A DNA stretch of 64,000 nucleotides from Cladosporium halotolerans. Lineage: Eukaryota. The number at the start of each line of letters is the position of its first letter. The stretch's first letter is position 1. The notes beneath the pieces are model-generated. The model was not told the DNA's origin. It worked only from the letters and a program-made list of their open reading frames with translations, and did not search any database. The position numbers and the translations under genes were made by a program. The DNA is taken from positions 496,001-560,000 of the forward strand of contig NW_027191454.1 in NCBI RefSeq assembly GCF_011745625.1, read 5' to 3'. Below, piece by piece: positions 22,892-32,900 of the stretch.

Positions 22892-23801
22892 ATGTTTTGC
22901 ACGGCTCTCAGAAGACGCCGATCTTATGCTTCGGTGCTGCCATCCTTGATCTCGACTGATGGCTTGAAGCTACGAGGTATGCACGTTCATCTAGAAATGG
23001 GAAAAGCATTGCTCAAGCTCGCACATAGAAAGCAACTTGGGGACCCGTGACCTCGCCATCCCTCCTCCAACTCCTCCGGGCTCTATCAACGGCGCGGACA
23101 GCAAAACCGAACTTCGACTGCTCCTGCTCGCACCCAGCTCAGTGTCCGATGCCAACCTGTCGTGCACCTTAGAACGAATCCACCATTTTGCCGCTTTGAC
23201 AGGTGGGCAAGACCTCGCGATTGTCTTTCTACTCAACCCTCCAATAGCCTCAACCTTCGTGACAGTCAAGGATCTTACTGCCAATGATAGCAATCGGGCT
23301 ACCGATACAAATGGCGTGATCGCATACGCCAGACTACAGGCTGCTCTGCTTCCACGTCAAGATATCCCACCTGTTCCAATCCTGCCGCTCGCCGCATTGG
23401 AAGGCCTGCCACAGCTCCTCAAAAAGCACGTGAACACGATTTCGAGAAAGGTACAGCCTCTGGCTCCTGCCACAGCGCCATTCGAGTTGCTGCAGCTTTG
23501 CACTACCGAGCCGCCAATGGATAGGCAGACAGCTTATTTCGTGACAGACTTCAAAAGTAGTCTGCGCGAGCTTGCCACGGCATGCGCATCATCTTTGGAC
23601 TTGGATGGATCTCGCTCGGATCATTCTTTGCTTGAAACATCGCAGAAGAGTGACCTCAACCGGGACGGTCACGAAAAACTCCAGGGAATCGGCTACGACG
23701 CTTCCGCAATGAATGATCTCAGAGATCTGCTTGATCTTGTTGGCGATGACAGATGCAGGGAGATCGTGGATTTCTGGAGTACGGAATGGGTCGCGGAATG
23801 A
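22892..23801 (+). CDS. Hypothetical protein; predicted inactive ERCC4-like domain plus (HhH)2-like C-terminus (ERCC1/FAAP24/Spo16-like)
   Basis: Intron 22977-23028 (GTATGC...TAG) joins the ATG 22892 exon in frame to the 23037-23801 ORF. Family assignment is by eye (see findings). Confidence 0.6.
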
Positions 23802-23878
23802 GAGGGAACAACTACTTTCGCTGGCACCAATGAACATCTCCCAAACGTGGTTGTTCCGGAGTAATTAGCTCGTCTCTA

Positions 23879-23920
23879 TACTTAGTGTACACGCATGGCT
23901 ACTTAGTGTACACGCATGGC
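23879..23920. repeat. Perfect 2 x 21-bp tandem duplication
   Basis: tacttagtgtacacgcatggc twice, between two convergent stop codons. Confidence 0.95.
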
Positions 23921-23973
23921 CATGCTGCCTCCTTGGGATGGTGCCTTGTTCACTTCCAACGTACAGTACAATC

Positions 23974-26943
23974 TCAAGCGTGTTCCCTTCCTCTTTCCAT
24001 ATCACGCAGAACCTGCCCTGCAATCTCAATCGCTCCCTCAGGCAATCCAGCCATGCGTGCGACTTTGAGTGCATGACTCTTCTTATTCACACCCTTCCGA
24101 AGCTTATGCACATATGCCCAGCTTCCATCGTCATCTTCAGAGACATCGGTATGATAGCACCCCAAACCCTCAAACTCTTCAGTCATGCCTGCCAACGCGT
24201 GGAAGTGTGTCGCGAATAGCGAACGGCATTTGTTGACATGCTGGAGATGATGTAGGCAAGCATAGCCGACCGCCACGCCGTCTTCAGGGGTAGTGCCGCG
24301 GCCAACCTCGTCCATGATAACAAAAGAACGCGGGGTGGCTTGCTTGAGAATTTCCGCCGTCTCGAGCATCTCAACCATGAATGTCGACTGGTCTTGGTAC
24401 AGGTTGTCCGCCGAGCCGACGCGAGAGAAAATCTTGTCGACCAAGCCAAGCTCAGCATACTCCGCGGGAACGAAACAGCCTGTTTGCGCTAAGATGGTGA
24501 TTAAAGCATTCTGTCGCAGATAGGTGCTTTTTCCCGCCATATTTGGACCAGTGATGAGATATATCATCTCGTTGCTGTCGCCGACTAAGCAATCATTGGG
24601 CGTAAAATGGCGGCCTTGGTCCATGAGACCTACATCGACCGTTGGATGGCGACCGCCGACAATTTTATGCGAGGTGCTTGAGTTGAGAACCGGACGTGTC
24701 AGACTGCGTTCCTTTGCCACTATAGCACTGGAGCAGGCAACGTCAAGCTCGTCAAGGACTGCAGCGTTTCTCCTCAATTTCATGAGGTTCTCAAGGACTT
24801 GACCGCGCAATTTGTTGAATACACGTTCTTCCTCAGAGCGGATTCTCAATTTAGCATCGTCGATGCTGACGCCAAGGTGTGTCCATTCAGTGATGTGAAA
24901 CGTGCGGGTCGACTTCGTCGAGCCTATACTGCGTGCTCCTGGAAGGGCAGCAATCTTGCCATTCGTGTCTTTGCCTTTGACGTGGCAGAAGTGGCCCAAC
25001 TGTGCGCTCCATTTGAGTGTAAGGCTCTCCAGCCCAGTCTCTTGGCGAAGCTTTTGAGCCAGCTCGTGTTTCTCTAGGAGCAGACCTTGTAGGTCCCTGT
25101 GCGCTTTTGAGAGCGTTTGGGACGCATTGCTTCGCATGATCCAGATATCTTGTTCGCCATTACTTATGGCAGTATCAGCTCCGCCATTGGCCTTTTTTGA
25201 CGCTCTACGAGCCAGCTTCGGTGGCGCTTCGCCGGCCGCATCAGCGTTCATGACTTCTTCCGCCATTGCCTCTGCTTCGGTCGCTTGGTCGACTTCGGCT
25301 TGATGCTTGCGCGAGAGTCCCTCTTCATCGATGGTAGATTGTATGCTGTTCGCAACTTTGACCGGATCTTTCAGCTCAAACCTCCCAAGTAGATTCTCAA
25401 AGCATTGCAAGTCGGTGAGAGGATCAAAATCGGGGCTTGAATCTTGATCGGACGTCAGCTTGCTCGCTTGCACGTGTTCTTGCAAGGCTTCGAAAGTCTG
25501 CTGCATCACTTCAATTGTTTTGGCGAGCCCAAGCATGTCGTCTGCGTCACCTCTGCCGATCGAAAAACGCTGCAGCAATCGAAATGTGTCGAAAGTCTTG
25601 CGAAGTAATCCCTGGACAAGATCTCGAAGAGAATCCTTACAGCGCAGTTCCTGGACTAAGTCAAGTCGATCGTTGATGGTTGCCAGCGATAGCGATGGTG
25701 ATACTAATCGCTGGCTCAGCAACCTCGCGCCGCTTTTGGTGACTGTCTTCCGGATGGTTTGAAGGAGACTGCCCTGTGTCAATCCATCCTTGAGGGTCTG
25801 GCGGATCTCGAGCCCACGCAAGCTTTGTTTATCAATGACCATGTATTCGTCCGGCGATCGCCTGACGGGGGACTGTAACTTGATACTACTCTCGAACAAT
25901 CGACTGCGAACATATTCAAGGATCAAGCTGCCTGCTGCTTTTTCGTACTCGGTGAACGCAGACTGTTCCTCCGTTGACAGCGGCGATTCGAGCAAGTCCG
26001 ACCAGTCAGCTATGGAGACATTGGGAGAGGTGTCCTGAAAGTGTAGCGGCGTCCCCGTGTTCCCGAATAAATTTTTCACCAGCGACGAGGACGCGTCTTG
26101 AAGCGTTACATCCAACACGATCTCTCTAGGGCCAATGCGCGCAATCATAGATGCTAGCGAAGCCACGTCGCTGCTTTGAACGAAGAAATCTCCGCTGGAA
26201 AGGTCGACCCAGCTCAAACCAACCTTGATGTTCCTGGTGTTGTGTTCCAGCGACTGACTTTGTTCAAGCTGACTGGCGATTACTCCTTTGACATGGACGC
26301 TGAGCAAATAATTGTTCTCGAAAGGGTCCACGAAGTTTTCGTCGATCAAGGTGCCAGCTGTGATGACTCTTGTCACTTTTCGATCGTACATCGGGGCACC
26401 TGGCTTCAAAAGGCGTTGACTGTCTGGCAGGCGTATCTGTTCGCTTATGGCAACTTGCTTTCCGAGGTCCTGAACGAACATCTTCAAGTATCTGTCCAGT
26501 TGAGTGTGCTGGAATCCGGCCATGGCGACATCTCCAAGAGCCGTAGCACGCTTGGCCCTTTTGAGATTGACAAGTGGCGCGTATTGCTCGACTTGATCGA
26601 AATACATCTCGTAGAAGTCGCCAACGCGGGTGAGCACGACGCAGTCGCTGAACTTGCGGACATTGTTGAGGTGCTGTTGGAGTACAGGTGGATACTTTTT
26701 CTCCGGTGGCTTGTCTGTCTCGTCCTTCGGTAGAGGTGGTAGTACGCCCTGGGGAAGACTGTCGACTGCGATGGTCGTTTTCCGTTTGGCGCCACGCGTC
26801 AATTTCAAGGAGACATGGGAGTGTAACCCGACATCGTTGTGCACGAACGATGCATTTGCATTACCAGCAATTATTGCTATCCGCGTTTCAATCGATGTTG
26901 GCATGCGACATTTCGCCGGCCGGAGGATTCTATTGGCGATCAT
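23974..26943 (-). CDS. MSH1: Mitochondrial MutS homologue
   Basis: RVGDFYEMYF mismatch-binding motif, AGFQ, ITAGTLIDE, Walker A ITGPNMAGKST, STFMVEM, DEVGRGT and FATHFH. Basic N-terminus. Confidence 0.93.
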   Translation of the reverse strand: MIANRILRPAKCRMPTSIETRIAIIAGNANASFVHNDVGLHSHVSLKLTRGAKRKTTIAVDSLPQGVLPPLPKDETDKPPEKKYPPVLQQHLNNVRKFSDCVVLTRVGDFYEMYFDQVEQYAPLVNLKRAKRATALGDVAMAGFQHTQLDRYLKMFVQDLGKQVAISEQIRLPDSQRLLKPGAPMYDRKVTRVITAGTLIDENFVDPFENNYLLSVHVKGVIASQLEQSQSLEHNTRNIKVGLSWVDLSSGDFFVQSSDVASLASMIARIGPREIVLDVTLQDASSSLVKNLFGNTGTPLHFQDTSPNVSIADWSDLLESPLSTEEQSAFTEYEKAAGSLILEYVRSRLFESSIKLQSPVRRSPDEYMVIDKQSLRGLEIRQTLKDGLTQGSLLQTIRKTVTKSGARLLSQRLVSPSLSLATINDRLDLVQELRCKDSLRDLVQGLLRKTFDTFRLLQRFSIGRGDADDMLGLAKTIEVMQQTFEALQEHVQASKLTSDQDSSPDFDPLTDLQCFENLLGRFELKDPVKVANSIQSTIDEEGLSRKHQAEVDQATEAEAMAEEVMNADAAGEAPPKLARRASKKANGGADTAISNGEQDIWIMRSNASQTLSKAHRDLQGLLLEKHELAQKLRQETGLESLTLKWSAQLGHFCHVKGKDTNGKIAALPGARSIGSTKSTRTFHITEWTHLGVSIDDAKLRIRSEEERVFNKLRGQVLENLMKLRRNAAVLDELDVACSSAIVAKERSLTRPVLNSSTSHKIVGGRHPTVDVGLMDQGRHFTPNDCLVGDSNEMIYLITGPNMAGKSTYLRQNALITILAQTGCFVPAEYAELGLVDKIFSRVGSADNLYQDQSTFMVEMLETAEILKQATPRSFVIMDEVGRGTTPEDGVAVGYACLHHLQHVNKCRSLFATHFHALAGMTEEFEGLGCYHTDVSEDDDGSWAYVHKLRKGVNKKSHALKVARMAGLPEGAIEIAGQVLRDMERGREHA

Positions 26944-27313
26944 GAGGGAGTGGATGTCGCCAATTTGAACGAAAAATTAGGAAATGCAGGAGCTGTCACA
27001 TCGCGTTCTTGAAAAGCCATCCAGAGACTCGAATGCGTACTGAATCAAGCCCCGAAACGCCAGATGAAAAGAATACGATGTTCATGTTCTGGTTGCTATC
27101 AGGAGTCAATCGTTCCAAGCCCAGAGTTCGTTTGATGAGCTGATCAGCCAGACCCTTGCTGCTCGATCGATGGAAACTCTAAATTTCACGCCGCGGCCTC
27201 CACCGCGCTCGTAGGATGCGGGACACTGATGGCTTCTGGTCCCGCATCTGCGCCTTCGTCATTAGCCTCTCTTTTTCATGACCCTCGCCTACAACATCCG
27301 CATCCCTACCGCC

Positions 27314-28481
27314 ATGGCCTCAGAACAACAACGCGCGGCCTTTCCGCCGCTCAAAAATGACCTCCTCCTCCGCACCGCCCGTGGCGAGACCGTCGAACGC
27401 CCGCCATGCTGGGTAATGCGTCAAGCTGGCCGTTACCTACCCGAATATCACGAGGCCAAGGGCAAGCGCGACTTTTTCGAATGCTGCCGTGATCCTGAGG
27501 TCGCTTCTACTTTGACATTGCAACCAATTGAAAGATACGAGGGTTTGATCGATGCCGCCATCATCTTTTCCGACATCCTCGTCATCCCTCAGGCAATGGG
27601 AATGGAGGTTGTCATGCTCGACGGCAAAGGCCCTCACTTCCCTAACCCCCTCGAGGGACCGGAGGATCCGCAATACAAGGAGGTCATGGAGAGGAGCGTG
27701 GATGTGAAGGAGAGCTTGGACTACGTGTACAAAGCTATTACCCTCACAAGGCAGAAGCTTGACGGAAGGGTGCCTCTGTATGGCTTCTGCGGCGCTCCCT
27801 TCACGCTGCTATGCTACATGGTGGAAGGCGGTGGCAGCAAGATCTTCAAGCAGATGAAGGCGTGGATCTTCAAACACCCGGCCGAGAGCAAGAAGCTCTT
27901 GCAGAAGATCGCAGAACTCTGCGTCGAATACCTCGCCCTCCAGGTCGTTGCTGGTGCGCAGATCGTCCAGGTTTTCGACTCATGGGCAGGAGAACTGAGC
28001 CCTGCTTCTTTCAAGGAGTTCTCACTTCCTTACCTGACGCACATCTGCGACCACCTGCCGGCGAAGTTGCGCGAGCTTGGTCAAGAGCCTGTTCCTATGG
28101 TGGTCTTTGCAAAGGGAGCGTGGTATGCTTTGGAGGATCTTTGCAAGACAAATTACAACATCATTGGCCTGGACTGGCTGCACGAGCCTTCCGAGGCATA
28201 CGCTGTTGCTCAGAAGTACGGAAAGGTCTTGCAGGGAAATGCCGATCCTGGCGTGCTGTACGGCGGACACGAGGCCATGACCAAGGTCGTGGAGAACATG
28301 GTCAATGGGTTCGGTGGTGGAAAGCAAGGCTGGATCGCGAACCTTGGACATGGTATGCTTCAACTCATTATTTTCGTTCATTTGCCATGAATGCTAACAT
28401 AACTTAGGCATCACACCCTTCGTGAAACCCGATGAACTCAAATTCTACTTCCAGGAGATTCACAGGCTAGCAGGTAGATGA
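27314..28481 (+). CDS. HEM12: Uroporphyrinogen decarboxylase
   Basis: [25 protein letters not shown] and LQGNADP; IANLGH|GITP across intron 28353-28407. Stop TGA 28479-28481. An in-frame upstream ATG lies at 27278. Confidence 0.96.
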
Positions 28482-28663
28482 CTCCGCCTGAACAAGCCAA
28501 AAAGGACAAACTTGCCAACCATGCTCTAGCTCAATCAACCAAATCCGCCCCAGCCTCTTCCGCTCCCAGTGTCTCAACATTCGAGCAGAAGATGCACGAG
28601 CGCAACATCAACCACGGTGACTGGTGAGACTCGTAGCCCGCCACATCACGCGTGATCATCGCC

Positions 28664-29268
28664 TCATTTGGGCGTGCCCTCACCAATGTCCTCGTACCTG
28701 CATCGATCAGTCAGGCGGCGAAAATTCAATACATCAAAGATACACGTATCACCTACCAGTCTTCGGGGTGCTTGCGAATAAACTCGTTCATGAGATCCTC
28801 GCACTCTTGATTTTCAACGTTGACAACCTCGATGCCGCGCTGCTTGAGGTACGATTCGCCACCGACAAAGGTCTTGTTCTCGCCTAAGACGACACGCTTG
28901 ACCTTGTAGAGGATACACGCGCCCGTGCACATGTCACAAGGTGAAAGGGTGGTGTACATGGTGGCACCCTTGTAGGCTGAGGCCGGCAGGCGGCCAGCGT
29001 TCTCTAGAGCTGAGATCTCTGCCTGGTGGAAATGTCAGAAATTCCGCGATAGAAAGGTAGGCGACCGTGCCATATCGAAGGAAAATGAGCACAGGGGAGA
29101 AAATACATGGATGGTCGGGCTATCCTTCTGCATGCGCATGTTGTGGCCCTTTCCCAAGATCTTGCCATCTGCAGACACCAAGCATGCTCCGATGGGCACG
29201 CCACCCTCACTAGCACCCTTCTTGGCCTCCTCGAGAGCGGCTTTGAAACCTTCGTCTGCGGTGGACAT
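28664..29268 (-). CDS. FCY1: Cytosine deaminase
   Basis: EGGVPIGACL...GHN; H|AE motif across intron 29023-29106; LSPCDMC zinc motif; W|YEDIGE across intron 28698-28756. Confidence 0.95.
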
Positions 29269-29994
29269 CTTGTGAACCTGTCTTGTTGGTTGAAGTTTAG
29301 CGAATATATCTTCAGAGGCGAATCTGTGACGCTTTGCCGCAAACTGATAATGGGTTATGATAGGTGACCGACGAGAAAGTTTGTCGGCATGTGGAGTCCG
29401 ACCGACCGAGCATCGGCCCAGGTACAACTCGAACTTGACTCGTCGCGCATTTCACGAGACGGGAGAGCTCAAATCTTGCTGTGAAGCACTCTTTGCTCAG
29501 ATCTAGTAGTTGCCATCTACCACAGATAAGCCTCACTCCATTGATAATATGCATTCACGTGAAACAGCGCCGATTCAATTCTGATATCCATCGTCGCTCG
29601 CCATTCTCGCGCGTCTGTACCTTTCCCGGCCATGACGTTGGTCCCTGGTACTCGGGTAACCTGTCTCATCTGGCCCCTGCCGGTTATTGAGCAGCTCTTG
29701 CTCGGTCTCTACACACCTCTATGCTGCCATTCGCATCGTGCACCCCTCGCATGATCACCACCATCTTTCTCTCATCCCATCTTTACATCGTGTCAACATC
29801 CGCGAGTGAAATGTCGGCTTAGCCACGCGTCGAACGCGAACCTTTGTCGTCAGGAAAAGTCGCATTCTTGCACGCGCGAACCGTGGGGCTGGACGAGATC
29901 TGATCGCATACCGAGATCAGACGGCGATACCGATTTGCACCGCGCCTGATCCCTAGCGTTTGTTGGAGTGCGGACTTGTGCACGATTTGCGGTT

Positions 29995-32900
29995 ATGGAT
30001 CCAGGACACCGCGGGTGGGCACAGCCCGGGAACGCACATGGGCCCGGTGCTGAGCAGGGCCAGTCGCAAAGGCCAGGAGCATCGTTTGGGTATGTCCCTT
30101 TTTCCACAACCAGCCTCTCAAATGTCTTTGGAAGATATCGCATCCAACGGACCGCGTTCGCGCAACGGTCATGCGGATTGAAGATGCTGCTCTCCAGACT
30201 CAACATTCCCCACCACCACTCTGAGATGACCATGTCTCCCACGCTTCTATCTCCGGCTAACAGCAGCTTCCATAGTCCCCAACATCCAACACAGCAATCT
30301 CCGCCTGCTGGACATGCAGGCCTGCCCCCGCCCAGTGGTCATTTTGCTTACCAGCAGCCCTCACACGGTCTCGGGGGCATGAACCAGTCTTCTCCCAGAC
30401 AGCCCCCACCCTCTGCCCACCGACCTGAAGGCCCGCAAGGTCCGAATTTCCCGCTGCCCACCCTCAGTCAAGCCACTGGCCAGGCATCGGCTGCGGACCG
30501 TGAGAGAGCCCGCGAGGTTGAGCAAATTCACATCAAAGAAGAGCAAGATAGGCAGCACAGGGAGCAAGAGCGTCAGAGACTGGAACAAGCGCCCCAGCAT
30601 CAAGCCCAAGGTCAGCCCATGCACCTGCACCAACCCGTCGCTGTAGGGCCGCGCACTATCCATGGGCCAAATGGTTTGCTTGGAAATCCGGGCCTCACAG
30701 GGCCACAATCGCAGTCGCAATTTCCACTTGGCGGTCCAGGAGGGCCAGGCAGTATGTTTGGCGGAGCTCCTGTTCAATCCGCTCAGGCTCAAAGTCAGCA
30801 AAACCCTTCAGCTCTGCTCATGCCGTTCGCTCCAGCTCAGGCGCAGGCGGCGCAACAGCAACAGATGGCTCAAGGTCAAGGTCAAGGGCAGGGCCAAGGC
30901 CAAGGCCAAGGACAGCAGCCTATCCTCAATGACGCTCTCAGCTACCTCGATCAGGTGAAGGTCCAGTTCGCTGATCATCCGGACGTGTACAACCGCTTCC
31001 TTGATATCATGAAGGACTTTAAGAGTGGCGCTATTGATACTCCCGGAGTAATTGGCAGGGTTAGCCAACTTTTTGCCGGCAATCCAGAGCTGATCCAGGG
31101 ATTTAACACTTTCTTGCCACCAGGATATCGGATCGAGTGCGGCGCCGGTGACGACCCGAACGCTATCAGAGTCACGACTCCCATGGGCACGACCGTGCAA
31201 TCAATGCCTCAACCACGACCTCTCAGCCGACAGGAAGGTGGTGAAAGCATGAGGCGGGCCAATGGCACATATACCCCTCAGCCAAATCAAGGCGCTCAGA
31301 TCATGATGAGTCCCAGTGGGCGTGCCGTTGGCCCAGCTATGCCTGGTTCTCACATCTCCCCCATGGAGGCTGCCCGGCAGCAAGAGCAGCAGGCTATGCA
31401 CCAACAGCAGGAGCGCGGCGTGAACCAGCTCCAAAACGCAGTGTCTGCGGCGACTGGTGGTGCCAACATGCGTGCTGCAATGTCTCCAGCTCCGGGCCGC
31501 GGAACCCCTGGTCAAGACGGCATGGCAGACGGCCACGGCATGGAGAAGCGAGGTCCTGTCGAGTTCAACCATGCGATCAGTTACGTTAACAAAATTAAGG
31601 TAAGCGTTCTGCGTCGCGAGGGTCCAGCTCCAGAAGTACTAATGGATACAATCAGAACCGCTTTGCGACGCAACCCGACATTTACAAGCAGTTCCTCGAG
31701 ATCCTGCAGACGTACCAGCGCGAGTCAAAGCCCATTCAGGACGTTTACGGCCAGGTCACCCACCTCTTCAAGACCGCGCCCGACCTTCTCGGAGACTTCA
31801 AGCAGTTCCTGCCAGAATCTGCTGCAGCTGCAAAGGCGCAGGCGCAAGCCAGGCAGCAGGCGGAGGAGCAGGCGATGATGTCCAATGTCCGTGGTGAGCC
31901 GATGTACGCAAGTCCTGTGATGTCGAAGGAGGTGGGCATGGGCACGCCCAGCCATAGGACGGGTCTGCCTCCCGTTGGCAATTTTGCGCCGACGCCGGTT
32001 GTCAAGGATAACAAGCGAAAGAGGGGCGAGAGACAAGGGACTGCCGGCAGTGCTGCTGACGGTGCCCCTGCGCCAGCAAACGGTAAAGGCCAGTATCCTG
32101 GACCTGGTGGAAAGGTAAGTCAAAAGCAATTCGATGTCTTTCTGAGGTTGAAGGCAGTAGCGACCGAAGGCAGTAGCGACCATGTGACTTCACGGCATGA
32201 GCTCACGGCACTAGCCGTGTCGCGCTTGCCCATCCAAAATGTTGCTTGCATTTGAACAATGAACACAAACACTGACTCTTTGATCAGCGCATGAAACAGG
32301 CACACACCATGGCTCAAAAGAACGACCAACCACCGGCCTCGCCGACACTTATTCCGGCCCTACCAGCTCCTATTCCTCCCACGACATCATCCGCGGCATC
32401 GAGTGAAGAGCTGAGTTTCTTTGACCGCGCGAAGAAAGCCATCAGCAACAAGAATACCTTCAATGAGTTCCTGAAGCTCTGCAATCTCTTCAGCCAAGAC
32501 CTTGTCGACCGCACCGTCCTCGTTCACCGCGCGCGCTCCTTCATCGGCTCCAACCCGGAGCTCATGAAGTGGTTTCAAGATTTTGTCGGCTACGATGAGA
32601 AGGACGTGATTGTGGAGAACAAGGCTCGCATTCCTGGCGGGCGCGTGAGTCTGAGCAATTGCCGCGGTCTTGGTCCCAGCTACCGGCTGCTTCCTAAACG
32701 GGTACGTCAAGTTTTCTCTTTACTTTTGCTTGTTAACGCGCGATTTTTCCTCCCATCGGTTTCGTGAAGTGAGGTTAGCCGGCTGGAGTCGCCAGCCACC
32801 AACTTTTTGGCTTGGCGTCGTCCAATCGCACGCCAGCTTAACCTCACCTCACGGCCCACTTTTGCTTGTTCTCCTCTTCCCTTCTGCCTCTACACATTGC

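Noticed and set aside
28479..28530. Stop-codon readthrough after HEM12 (TGA-CTC) giving a cryptic peroxisomal signal
   Set aside because: Context is not TGA-CTA, and the extension ends ...PTML, which is not a PTS1.
1892..29106. Introner-like elements (ABC intron 2 and FCY1 intron 1 both contain TTCTCCCCT near the donor)
   Set aside because: Similarity is limited to about 9 nt; no near-identical introns within the window.
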